Source: Podospora anserina
Lineage: Eukaryota
Assembly: GCA_017654855.1 (NCBI GenBank)
Contig: CM030332.1
Location: forward strand, 7,812,001-7,876,000
DNA length: 64,000 nucleotides
Reading direction: 5' to 3'
Position numbers and translations under genes: made by a program. The notes under the pieces were generated by a model. It saw nothing but the letters and a program-made list of their open reading frames with translations, ran no database searches and was not told where the DNA came from. Positions within the stretch are counted from its first letter, which is position 1, and each line of letters opens with the position of its first letter. Below are positions 22,036-34,300 of the stretch, one piece after another.

Positions 22036-23446
22036 ATGTCTCCTCACTCTGTCCCGGCGAAGAAGAACATCGGGGGTATCTCGGGGGTGGATGGCACGGG
22101 GGAACAGCGAGAATGGCTGATGGGCCGGGAGGCGTTTGAGGCCACGATGCCGCATCATGAGGGGATCAAGGCGTTGTGGGAGACGAAGTGGAGGTTTCCC
22201 GTAAGTTCTTGTCTACCAGATAAACGACAATCACACCCACCACCAGGGCATGTTTTGACGAGTGGGGAAGTGCACCAAGTCCCTCTACCCCTTCCACGAC
22301 GGCCGATTCTCCGACTTTGAACCCATCTTCCAGTCTCTCATCGCGCGCAACGTCAACGATGGGACCTCAGCCGAGTACACCTCTTCTTTCATCCCCACGG
22401 CCGACAACCTCGAACGACAGGGCGATGAGCTTCTCGCCCAAGGCAACAAGACCAAGGCCTCGGAGCTGTACCTGAGGGCCTGTACCGTGTTGAGGATCGC
22501 CAGGTTCCCGTATATTGCCTCTTTTCCCGACGTGACGGACAAGACGAAGTGGGAGGCGTGGGAGAAGCAAAAGGCGACGTATGCCAAGGCGGGGAAGACG
22601 TGGGAGAGCCCGTTGGAGGAGGTGGTTGTGCCTCATGCCCAGGCCAAGGGGAGGGATAGGAAGGATATTCCTGTTTACGTTCGGGTTCCCGACGGGAAGA
22701 CGGGGCCGTTTCCTGCTGTTGTTCTCATGACTGGGTTGGATGGGTACCGGCCTGACAATACCGTTCGGTGTGAGGAGTTTTTGGCTCGGGGGTGGGCAGC
22801 TGTTGTTGTGGAGATCCCTGGGACGGCGGACTGCCCGGCTGATAGTGCCGATCCTGAGAGCCCGGATAGGCTGTGGAGTTCGTTGCTGGATTGGATGGCG
22901 AAAGAGGGGAGGTTTGATATGAAGAAGGTCATGGTTTGGGGATTGAGTAGCGGGGGCTATTATGCCGTGCGGGTGGCGCATACGCACAAGGAGAGGATCA
23001 TTGGGAGTGTTGCTCAGGGGGCGGGGGTTCATTACTTTTATGATAGGGAATGGCTGGAGCGGGCGGATAGGCATGAGTATCCCTTCAAGTTGACGCCGGC
23101 GATGGCGCATAAGCATGGGTTTGGGAGCGTGGACGAGTATAAGGAGAAGGCGCAGAAGAAGTTTTCGTTGTTGGAGACGGGGATTCTGAAGATGGAGAGC
23201 GCGAGGTTGTTGTTGATCAATGTGAGCTTTTACCTGCCTCTCCCCTCGAGCATGAAACTAACAAAAGAACAGGGCACGCTGGACGGTCTCATGCCCATCG
23301 AGGACTCGATGATGCTGTTTGAGCATGGCTCGCCCAAGGAGGCTAGGTTCTTCGCCAATGCTCTGCATATGGGCTACCCGATGGCCAACAGCTCGGTGTA
23401 CCCCTGGATGGAGTCTGTGATGAAGTCGGTTCAGGGATCAAAGTGA
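22036..23446 (+). CDS. ayg1: Ayg1-type alpha/beta hydrolase (polyketide-shortening enzyme of DHN-melanin synthesis)
   Basis: Exons 22036-22200, 22271-23221, 23273-23446. Motifs PHHEGIKALWETKWRFPC..YPFHDG, GLDGYRPD, EIPGTADCP, WGLSSGGYYA, and SPKEARFF..LHMGYP. Confidence 0.88.
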
Positions 23447-23525
23447 GGGAATCAGAGGTCCATTCGCTAGGGTTTTGGCTTGAGTCTGCTTCGTATTTCA
23501 TAATCACGAATAATAAAGTTGGTGA

Positions 23526-24405
23526 TTACCGACCCATCCATCCGCCGTCCACAACGAGGACATGACCGCTCACATATGCACTTGCTTTGCTGGCTAGATA
23601 TACGGCTGTCCCTTTGAAGTCTTCAGGGGTGCCCCACTGCATGATGGTCAGTTATTGCCCAGGTATTATGGTGGGTGTACTTACCCTTCCGGCCGGTATC
23701 CTCGCGCTGATACTCGCCAGCCTCTCCTTGTCGTTCAACAACGCAGTGTTCATTTCTGTCTCGATGTATCCAGGCGCAATGGCGTTCACCGTGATTCCCT
23801 TGGATGTCCACTCGTTGGCAAAGCTCTTGGTGAGCTGCCCAACAGCTCCCTTCGAAGCAGCATAAGCTGGCACGGTGAGTCCTCCCTGAAAGGTGAGCAG
23901 AGAAGCAAAGTTGATGATGGATCCCTTGCGGCCAGTGACTGGCGAGGGCTCAAGCGTCAACATGCGAGCACCAATATCCCGACAGAGGGTAAAGACGCTG
24001 TTGAGGTTGACCTGAATGACTTCGTTAAAGTCCTCATCTGGGAACTCCTCGCAGGGGTACCGCCGTTGGATGCCGGCGCAATTGACCAGTATGCGTATTT
24101 CCCGGCCCTCGTCCAGTAGCTCGGGAACGATCCTCTTCACCTCTGTAGGAGAACTGAGGTCTGCCGCAACGACTGTAACTCTGCGCCCCAGTTTCCGGAT
24201 GGCGGTTGCTGTCTCTTCGTCCTTTGCATTTCTCTGAGTGATACGTTAGTCCAAGCTCGAGACTGGGGGTTTCCGTCATGCTGAGGAGAGGTACCTGGAC
24301 CAAAATGACATCTGCCCCGGCTTCGGCGAGTGCAATGGCGACAGCTTGCCCGATACCCCGCGTTCCGCCGGTTACGAGGGCAGTGTGATCTTTGAGGGAA
24401 AACAT
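23526..24405 (-). CDS. Short-chain dehydrogenase/reductase, KduD/IdnO (2-deoxy-D-gluconate 3-dehydrogenase / gluconate 5-dehydrogenase)-like
   Basis: Exons 24405-24295, 24233-23685, 23636-23526. Motifs [32 protein letters not shown] (YxxxK), [10 protein letters not shown] and VDGGWMGR*. Confidence 0.9.
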
Positions 24406-25096
24406 GGCGTTAGGCTGTCCGTATCGCTCACAGACTTGACTAGGGAGATGTACAGGATGTGCAGTCAAACTTTCGGCCTGCTGCAAGGGGAGGGATGCCT
24501 CAAGGTAGAGCAATCTACAGAATATTGTACATCTCGGCCATTCCGTTGCTTTCACCTTGACCAGTTGGAGCTCATCCGAAGCCAGACTGTGACCCCTCCC
24601 CCACCTGCCTACTTTTACACCCGCAGCTCTTTCCCGTTCGACACCAGCCGTCATCGGATGGGAACCTCCCATTCTTCTCGCTCTGCCCCACGTCCCTGGT
24701 TCTCGGTATGTTTTGTGTCACTTTCTACGGATAGGCGCGTGGAAGGTCCAAGTAATCTGCAACACCTCATGATCGTGTTTGCTTTTTTTCTTTTCTTTTT
24801 TTGTCGATGATGACTGGTTGTGATCCTCCATCATGACCAATAGTCGATCGGATGGCCGCTCCCACTTGCTGCGAGTGGGCGGTACAAGTGGAGATGTTGG
24901 GCAGGGAGGTTTGATTCGCCGTTGGGCTGCCTGAGCTCGAGGGTCACTTTGATATTTATTTATCCTATCGTTTTCCTGGGCGATGTTGATCGTTCTCATC
25001 ATGCCTTGAAGATCTGGTCACATCTTTTACCATATACCTCGTGTCTCCTCAGCCATAGTTACCTACCGATTTGACTTGGACCTCAACACCAAAACC

Positions 25097-26311
25097 ATGT
25101 CCACTGAAGTCAAAACCTCGGTCCTCTATGGGGCTAAAGACCTCCGTCTTGTAAGTCTCCTTTTCCCCTCTATTCTTGCGAAGGCTTCTGCTGACATGGC
25201 AGGAAACCCGCCCGCTTCCACCCCTCACGCCAAACGACGTCCGCGTCACCGTCAAAGCCACCGGCCTCTGCGGCTCAGACCTTCACTATTACAACCACTT
25301 CCGCAATGGCGACATCCTTGTCCGCGAGCCTCTGACTCTAGGCCATGAGTCGGCCGGAATCGTCACCGCTGTCGGCTCAGCCGTCACCAATCTGTCCCCC
25401 GGAGACAAGGTGGCTCTTGAAGTTGGACAACCGTGTGAATCATGCAATCTTTGTCTTCGAGGGAGGTACAACATATGCCCCGAGATGAAGTTCCGCTCTT
25501 CCGCCAAGGCGTGGCCTCATGCCCAGGGGACGCTGCAGGAGGAGATTGTACACCCCCGGAAGTGGTGTCATAAACTACCCGAGGGAGTGAGCTTGGAGGA
25601 TGGAGCACTGGTTGAGCCGATGGCTGTTGCTCTTCACGCGCTGCAGAGGGCAAAGTTGGAGGAAGGGGCAAAGGTTTTGGTCTTTGGGGCTGGGACGGTG
25701 GGCTTGCTTTGTGCGGGCGTTGGTAAAGTTGTGAGTAAGGCCAGTGTGATTATTGCGGATATTCAGGAGGAGAGGGTCAAGTTTGCGACCGAGAATGGGT
25801 TTGCGGATGAGGGGGTGGTCGTGCCAATGAAGAGGCCGGAGACGATAGAGGAGAAGCTGGTGTTTGCGAGGGAGGTGGCGGAGATGGTAGGGGAGAAAAT
25901 GGGACAGGCGGATGGGACGTTTGAGTGTACGGGGGTGGAGAGCTGTCTGCAGGCTGCCATCTTTGTGAGTCCCGAAGTCTTGACCTCGTTGCGTTTGCTG
26001 ACATCAAGCAGGCCACGGCTCCAGGAGGCAAAGTCATGATCATCGGCATGGGCAACCCAATTCAGACTCTTCCCATCTCAGCAGCCTCGATCCGAGAGGT
26101 CGACCTCGTTGGAGTCTTCAGATATGCAAATGCTTACCAAAAAGCCATTGAGCTGCTCGCTAATGGTCTTCGATCAAAGTTGCCTGGGTTAAATCACCTG
26201 ATCACGCAACGCTTCACAGGTATTGAGAACATACCCAAAGCGTTTGGAATGGCGGGTCGAGTCAAAGACGACGAGGGAAGATTGGTGATCAAGGTGCTGG
26301 TCAATATGTGA
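25097..26311 (+). CDS. Zinc-dependent polyol dehydrogenase (sorbitol/xylitol/L-idonate dehydrogenase family, MDR)
   Basis: Exons 25097-25150, 25203-25964, 26012-26311. Motifs GLCGSDLHYY, GHESAG, structural Zn CESCNLC..RYNIC, GAGTVG..ADI (NAD-type Asp) and GVFRYAN. Confidence 0.92.
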
Positions 26312-26363
26312 TTATGAGATCTCTAGAAACGTCTGAATACCCATACCCTTTCCGCTCACCAGA

Positions 26364-27470
26364 TCACTGCTTGTCTGGGAAACCAAAGTTGACACCGAAT
26401 GGCGGGTACACAAACCGCTGCCACTTCTTCTCCGCAACCAGCTTGTCAGAGTACGCCTTCAGCTCAGCCTGGTCCTCCTCATCCAGGTCGATCAGAGACT
26501 CGATGTTCTCTTTGATGCGCTCGGGGGTGACGGACTTGGCGAGCACGGTGCTGCCTCTCGGGGCTGTTTCTCACTGTCAGCCTCTCACGTCTTCAAAAAC
26601 ACTGGGTGTGGGGACAAACCATGGTAACTCAGCAGGACCGAGCTCGGCTTCACGCCATGCTTCTCCGCAATCTTGACCACCGGCTCAGCGCTCAACAGCG
26701 GTCCACCAGTTGACCCCAGGGGGCTGTACGCCATGATGTGAATTCCCTTTTCCTTGCAAAGGTCGACGATCTCCTGCTGGGGAAGACCGGGGTGGTTCTC
26801 GATTTGGTTGACGGCTGGGATGACTGTGGCGTGGGGGAGGAGCTGTTCAAGGTAGAGCTTGGAGTACTGTTTTTTCTCTTTAGCAACGGGAACTCGGGAG
26901 AGGAGGGTAAGGGCGGGGGGGGTTTACGTTGGAAACACCGATGGCCTTTGTCTTGCCAGTCTTCAGCAGCGCCTCCATCTGTTTCCAGGTATCAACATGG
27001 TTGTACCCCTGGATGATGTCGCGGCTCCCGTCCGGTTTGGTGGGGAACCGGTCGTGGTTACCTATCTCCGATCAACATCAAACCCCTGATCTCACCTGCC
27101 CGGAGCCGTACTCACCCTCAGGATTCATCAGCAGCGGCCAGTGAACCAGGAACAGATCAACGTAATCCAACCCCAGACTCTTCAAGCTCTTGTCCAATCC
27201 TTCCTCGACGCGGGTGTTGTACGTAGTCCAGACTTTGCTCACGACAAAGATGTCCTCTCGTTTCACTTTGCCGGCGGATAAGACCTCTGCGAGCCCCTGG
27301 CCGACTTCATCTTCGTTGGCGTAGCAGTAGGCGCCGTCGATGAGCGTGTAGCCGTTTTGGAGGGCGTAGGAGACGGCGGAGGCTACCTGGCCTGGGGGCG
27401 ACTGCCAGGTTCCCAGGCCGATGGACGGGATTTTGGCGCCGGTGTTGAGGGTGAAGTGTTTGGGGGGCAT
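26364..27470 (-). CDS. Aldo-keto reductase (GCY/Ypr1-like, NADPH-dependent)
   Basis: Four exons from ATG 27470. Reads MPPKHFTLNTGAKIPSIGLGTWQS, IDGAYCY, VSKVW, LVHWP, AIGVSNYS, NQIENHP, AYSPLGS and LAKSVTPERIKEN. The D-Y-K-H tetrad is intact. Confidence 0.93.
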
Positions 27471-27615
27471 TTTGGGGTTTGTCCTGAGGTGAGATAAGTG
27501 ACGGACGAATAGGCGAGACAGTTTGATTCTGGGCAAAAAAAAAAAAAAAAAAAAAAGAGGAATTGAGAAACAGCTTTGGATTGGAAGTAAAATACAGATC
27601 AAGGAGTGTTCAACA

Positions 27616-27686
27616 CGGCTAAGTAGCAGCAGGTATCCAGCTTATACCATGGATCCCACGCGGAGAAAGAGAGCTATCCGGCTAAA
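27616..27686. promoter_or_regulatory. Two XlnR-type motifs upstream of the AKR gene
   Basis: CGGCTAAG at 27616 and CGGCTAAA at 27679-27686, 150-215 bp upstream of the AKR ATG. Confidence 0.45.
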
Positions 27687-28399
27687 TGAGAGGACGGAGC
27701 AAAAGCGCGTCGAGGGCAGATCATGGAGTATCACGACAGCGGGCAGGCGGAAGGCGACTGTTCTGCTCTCTCCGTATTGCTTGAAATACAGGGATCTCTC
27801 GTCTGGATAGGGACAAAGACGGCCAAGTCTGAGGTCTGCCTACAATCTCAACGTGAAGCTGCCCCTCATGATGGCATCAAAACCCCACAGTCACATCCGA
27901 CCCCCTCTCGTCAGGGGCACCCTCTCGTACCGCTGCGGTCTCCAACACCGTCTTTAGGCACTTTGATAGGTGGAAAATTGCTCCCGTTACCACTCGTCTC
28001 AGGAAATACAGGACAAGTTTCCCCGTGTCTTCAAATCTTTCAATCTGCAGGTCAGAGCTAGGCTTCTTCAAACTCTCAATGCTTTCCCATTCAAGACAAC
28101 CAGCGATAGTCTGGCACCCTTTGCCTCACTGCCTCCCTTTTCTGTACACAGCCATTCAGGCAGCCCCCTTCTTTGTCTTCCCAAGAAACAAGATACAAAA
28201 AAGACCACACGCCCACCCATCATTATTACCAAGGTTCTGTCTACCATGCTTGCAACGAAAGATTCTACCGAGAAAACGCCGGCGCGAACATCAAAAAAAA
28301 ATGAAGTACGCGGTAGTCCCCGTATGCGAGTAGCAGCAGTTAAAAAAGGAAGGACATAATTATACAAGAGAATCGTAATTTTGGGAACAACCCAAAAGA

Positions 28400-29580
28400 C
28401 TACCCGGCGATCAACACCCAGAGCAGGAAGAATATCATCTAGAAACATCATATCAGCGAGCTGCATAGACATGGCCTGAAGGGAAGGTAAACCCACAAGA
28501 ACGCCAAACATCTTGGCTAACAACCACCTGTTGCTGCTGACTCGTGACCAGTACTTGAGAAGCTCTTTCTGTGCGCCCTCAACATTGTCCACGACGTCCT
28601 CTCTGCATACGGATATTAGCTAATGGCATCACGTAATAGAGTGGTGGAAGAAGGGGCTCACGTGTTGGCATCGATTCTTTGAATCATCTCTGATTGTTCG
28701 CTGACCATGCCAGCTAGTTGACCGAAGCTGGAGAAATTGATCAGCTGTGGTCATCTTGATCTTCAGGTTCAGAGAAGAACTCACATGGACCCCAGTTCGT
28801 TGATGGTAGATTCAATGGCTTCGATGGCTTGCCCTCTTTGCTGAATGTAGTTGTTCTGGCCACCCTCCTCCATCATCTGGAGCTGCATCTGCTGGTCTAC
28901 CACTGGGTTCAGAGAAATCAAGTCATTCCCCGGTGATGGTGTCCCCCGGTTTGGCGTGCCGTATAGCGGGGAGGCAGATTGCTGCAAGGAAAGCTGCGCA
29001 TGTTGCCCGACGTTAGAGACAAATGCCTCGGTCCTTGACCTCGAGGCCTGGATGTTCTTGGTTCTGATCTCCAACACGTCCTGTCACGGCCATCAGTGCG
29101 CGTTCAGATATCCGACTGGGGTGTGTTTTGTCCTACCTTGAAGTTCGCGCTGACATCCCCCAACTTGCCCTGCAAGAGAAGCAAAATGTTCTTGTTGTTC
29201 TCACCCTCTTGGTCCGGTTTTGGGTGCAGCCGTCTGGAAAGGGCCTGGAGATTTCGGATATCCTCGTTGAGGCGGGACAGATCTTGCTTGATGATGAAGG
29301 TCAACTCGTTCACCTCGACCGGGTTGTCGTCAAAGAGGGATCGCTTCTTGGCCAGCTGAGCCAGCTTTTGCAGTTTGCCCATAGTAGCCGAGATTCCTCT
29401 GCCGATTTCTGCCGCACTCCGCGCAAACTCTGAGCGCTTGGGTTTGACATCGTCGTTGGCGGCGCTTTGTTGACTGCTGCCGAGGAGTCTCTGCGATCCA
29501 GGTTTTGCCACTTGCTTGCGCTTCGCGGCGCTGACAATGTGACGGAATTCCGCCGTGCGGTCGTTGATCGCGACGGCCAT
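28400..29580 (-). CDS. sed5: Syntaxin 5 (cis-Golgi Qa-SNARE)
   Basis: N-terminal NDRTAEF, LAKKRSLFDDNPVEVNELTFIIKQDL, SNARE motif AIEAIESTINELG...MIQRIDAN, and C-terminal TM ..KMFGVL|MIFFLLWVLIAG*. Four GT-AG introns. Confidence 0.95.
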
Positions 29581-31354
29581 TTTGAAAGCCGTTCGGTGAC
29601 GAAGACTGGGATATAGGTCGTGGCTGTCTCTGGTATTTGTTCTCGATGATGTGACCGAAGACGATTAGGGTACGATACGGGTTTTTTGCTGTCGCGATGC
29701 GCCCGTGTGGACTGAAGAAAGGCGAGCTGAGGAAAGGTGTCCAGATAGGGGAACGCGATGTTGATTAATTAAAAGTTGTGTACGTAAATGCGAAAGCCGG
29801 CAGCGAGGGTCTTTGTCGGAAGAATGGTCAGAATGGGGCGCCTATGACGGCTGGAAACGGTTGGCGATGTCCAAGATGTCGTCGTGATTGAAGGAAACGT
29901 GGTGTTGTTTCGACAAGGAACGCTTGGACCCCCCTTTGACTTGCGTTTAGGTGTGAGCACAGTGCAGACGATGCGGGAACTGTGGCTGGGACTGTGCGAA
30001 TAGCGCAGGGTCCTGATCTAGTCACTCTCTTAATCAGCAGCGCTGTAGCGACTTGTAGAGTTACAGGTGCTACTTAGAGTTGATACAGCAAGAGTGCACT
30101 TTATGAAAATAGGTGTATCTATTGTACGGCAGAGCTGCCAGAGAGCAATCAGCAAAGCCAGGCCTGGTTTGAAGCTCTATACGAATTACACTCGCCTCCT
30201 GGGCAATCCGATGACGCGCGGCGATGGGCATCCAGTGCCCGCAATCTAGCCAGAGTAGCATCAACACAGCCCCGCGCAAGGGACCGGGCCATCTGCTCGT
30301 GATAATTTGATAAGCTATGAGGTCTGCCGACAGTCGTATGGAGTTCTCGATCCACCAGTTCAGTAACTGCAGGAACACACAAAAAAGACCAGGGGCCGTG
30401 GCCTTGTCGTTTTGGCACCCACGATGCACAAGACTTCGTGAGATGCTGGGGCAGCTGCATCACCGTTAAGAGCGAGGGTCTGGAAGAACTGTAATGGATC
30501 TTCCTCATTGGCTATGATGAGAACTTGGTGGAAGCTCAACCACAGGGATTAACCCGCCTTCCAAAGCGTCATTCTTCAGCAAGCTGGCCTCGTGTCTTGG
30601 ATGTCCTCAATCTCAAACAATTTCAAAATGCATGTGCACAATTAATCCGATTGTCTTCGACCAGACAATGAATGCCTTTCTTTTTTTTTTTTTTGGCATC
30701 AGCACGACTTGGCCGGACCCCACAAAGTCAAATCCACCCCGAATCCGCGCGCCTCTAATCCTTGTCCCCAAATCGTGAACCCCAGCAGATCCGTAGTGGA
30801 ATTCGTTCATGATCGGGTGGAACGCTGGGAAACCCCGAATGACATCTGCCCATCTCCTCTCCTTCATAACTGTTCCACGTTCGCCCGACCAGCCGTGCTT
30901 CGTGAACCTGTCCCTCAAACCTTGGTTCTCAAACAACTCCTCGCGACCAACTTGAGCCGACAACTGATCCGGTTTGAACCACTGGACGAAACCCGTGCTA
31001 CACCCGCGGGCTCTGTTTTGCCGCATTCTGGCCGACAGAACCAACTTGCATTATTGGGGCGCTCTCCTACTTCCAAGCTCCCCTTCCGAACAGCCTCTTA
31101 ATTTGCGCCATTGGAGGAGCTGTTACTGCGCCTGCAGGCTCGAAGCTGCTGAAAAACCAACTGGACGGCACAATGGACGGCTCCTATGGGAATGTATTTC
31201 CTACAAACCGGTCCATGTAAGCAGATTGTGCCACCCCGCTGCGTTCCCGTTGCCCAACCTCGGTGCGCACAGCAGTGCGTCGATGATACTGCTGAACTAA
31301 CACCCCCTCTTCTCCAGGTCACCTGCTGTAGGGTCTCCGGCGCAAGCAAACAAC

Positions 31355-34300
31355 ATGTACAAGGTCAACGTTAGCAGACAAAAGACGAGAAAGTGGGCAA
31401 ACTTCAAACCTCAGAACTATGATGGCGATGACTGGGGCGACGAGTACGAAGACGACGAACCTGAGCCGAACCCACCGCCGCAGTCGAAACCGATGGGACC
31501 GCGCTCCCCGACGGAACCACAGCAATTTCAGCGTGCTGTAACCATGCCGGAGAGCACAGGGTCGCTCGCTACGCTTCCATCACAATCTCATCAGCAGCCA
31601 CGGAAGAGCAGCTTAGATGCCGCAACATCGCCCACAAGCCCGAGCTCGCTGGCTTCGCCGTCCAGATCCCCGTTCGTCCGACCGGCCGATATCTATCGCA
31701 AGTTGGAGGAAGAAAGAAAGCGTTCGTTAGAGTCTCCGAGGCCAGCTTTGAGCAGTGTTACGGGGCCACCTGTTGTCGACCGGCCACAATATGCCGCAGG
31801 AGCAGAAGCGGGAAGCAGGGAAGATGAGGAAAGAGCTGGTGTGAATCGAGATTCGAGACCTGGTTTGGCTACGGTTCCCGAGAGAAGGAGCGAATATGGG
31901 CTTGAAGGGCTTCTTGACAGCTACGGATCCGACGAGCCCAGCAATGAACCTGCGAGTTACACTCCTCATTATACAACCTCAGAGGCTCAACCTCCGGCGC
32001 ATGTTGAAGATTCCAAGGTTGATGTAGGCAAGCAACTCCGGCGATATTCAACAAGCCCCCAGCTACCGCTCGTGACCCGCATGTCGGGCTTTGGCGAAGA
32101 CCTATTTTCCCCATCAAGCTTTCTCGACAGCTCAAACCAACAACCTTCTGTCCCGGCCGTTGGTGTCCCAGCCGTTGGTGTCCCAACAACAAGCACTACT
32201 ACTGGCACCGCGCAGGTCTCAAATGATCCTTCACGGACACAGTCGCCAGCCCTTACACTTCGTCAACATCAGCCACAGCAATCACCCAGCACACCAGCAA
32301 CTCAGGGTATCAATTTGGCGTCGACCGCACCCGAAACCACAGCCGGGGAGACACCGTTGACGCACGATTCAAACCATCCGGTCAGCCCGGCTGCCATGAA
32401 GCACGGGGCCGAAACTTCTAGTTCCGCCATTGCGGTTCAACAGGACTCTGGTGCGCCGCCGAGTTCGAACATTCCTGCCCAACAGCAGCCAGCCGCAGAT
32501 CTGCCGCGGGAACCCGCAGCAAACAAACAGTCCAACGAAAAAGGGATTCTCAGACCGTCGTTACCGGGTGGCTGGGTTTCCGAAACCCCAGCAACGCCAG
32601 GTGAAGCTTTGCTGCCTTCTCAGATTGAGCCCGTCCCAGCAGCAGTTGAGAGGGCTGGCGGAGACGCAAACTCGGGCACGCCAGCCGAACACGCTGCTTT
32701 CAGTATGGATAGCTCCCACGCACCTAGCTACGGCGGGGCAAGTCCTGTCAAAGAAAGCGGGCTGCTTGAAACACAAAAAGCACCTCTTCCACGCCCTGCC
32801 TCTCCTCGCGCGCTGCCACCACTCAGAACCACAAGCCCTTCGCTTGGCACGACATCTGCGATGGTTCCCGGCTCCGAATCAAACGTGAGCTACGAAACGA
32901 CCGAGAAGGTGGAGAGCGACGCTCTTGCGGCTCCCGAACCAACCACTACGACAACGGAAACCTCGGAAATCACGCCCACGGCGCCACTGAATCCACGTCG
33001 CGACCCGCCAGAGATCACCACTGATGTACATCCTGTCTTATCTCCGCCATCCTACGGGGCTGGGTCCACGCTGGAGGCAGACACAAGCTCGCCTTTGAAG
33101 GAGAACGATGTTCTGAGCGAAGAGATTATGAAGTCACTCAGTCCTGTCCAGTCAACAGAAAGATTCGGAAATATTCACGCAGACACCACGGACGCTTATC
33201 AAGCAGCCGCGCGGTCCCCTGTTCGGGAAAGCAGCTATCTGGGTGATGTTTATGATGACTACTGGACTGCGAGCGAAGAAAAGGTAGAAGCCGAGTTGTT
33301 TGCCGCTGCCGCAACTGGTCAGCAGCCGGAAGCAGGGAGACCCTCCGATGCCCCTAGCGTTTCTGTCGCGGAACCCCCCCGAGAAGAGACAGCTCCGTCG
33401 CTGGATGTGAAAGCTGTCGCCCTTTCCGCAAGCTCACCAACTAGCCCCGCGAAACCCGCAGCGTCGGAGGGCGGAGTTGGCAACACACCCGTGATGGAAG
33501 ATACACGTAAGCGATTCTCATGGGAGGCTGGATTTAGCGATCCGGCGCCTGTGAGTATTCAGCCTGCGGTAAAAGAACCGGCCGCTGAGCCGAAGTCTCT
33601 GGCACTTCCTGCCATCACAACACTACCTGCCGAGCTGGATGCCGCTCGATCAAGTCCTGCTCCTGGCTTGAAAGCCGACGCTGTGCCTCTTGCGGACACC
33701 GTCTCGCAAGCAAGCAGTACCCTTGTCCCTAGATCAGCCAACGCGACACCCATTGAACCACCATCTCCTATCTCAGTCCTTTCAGACAGACCTAATGGCA
33801 AAAGCCTAGCATACGCAGATGAAAAGATTGCTGTTGAGCCGCCAACGGGTGAAGAGCGTACATCGCCAACCCCTGAAAATATTGCACCACAAGAACAACA
33901 ACAACAACAACTTGCTTCTCGGGCCGTGGCGCCGAGAAAAGGATCCATCAATATCCTTCCATTCCGGCAGGTTCTGGAGATGCCAATGCCGCCTGACAGG
34001 ATTCGAACCTTTAACGATTCCAGAGCCCAGTTCGCCGCAATCGATACCGGGCTTGATGAGTGGCTCACGATGATGACATCGCGGCACCCCGAGCATACAA
34101 ACGCATTTGTGGCAGGCTTTGGATCGCAGCAAGGATTGTCACCGACCGGAGCCCCATCTCAACAGTTTGGTGGCAACGGTGCTCATGGCCTTCCGGCGAA
34201 CATTCCTATGCCACCACCACATCAACACGGCGCAAGTGGATTTTCACATCTGCAACATAGTGCACAGGTACAGAAGAGCAAGGTGCTCTTGATGGCAGCA

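Noticed and set aside
29823-29843. AATGGTCAGAATGGGGCGCCT, resembling a tRNA-Asp D-arm fragment
   Set aside because: No T arm, B box or acceptor stem nearby; probably chance.
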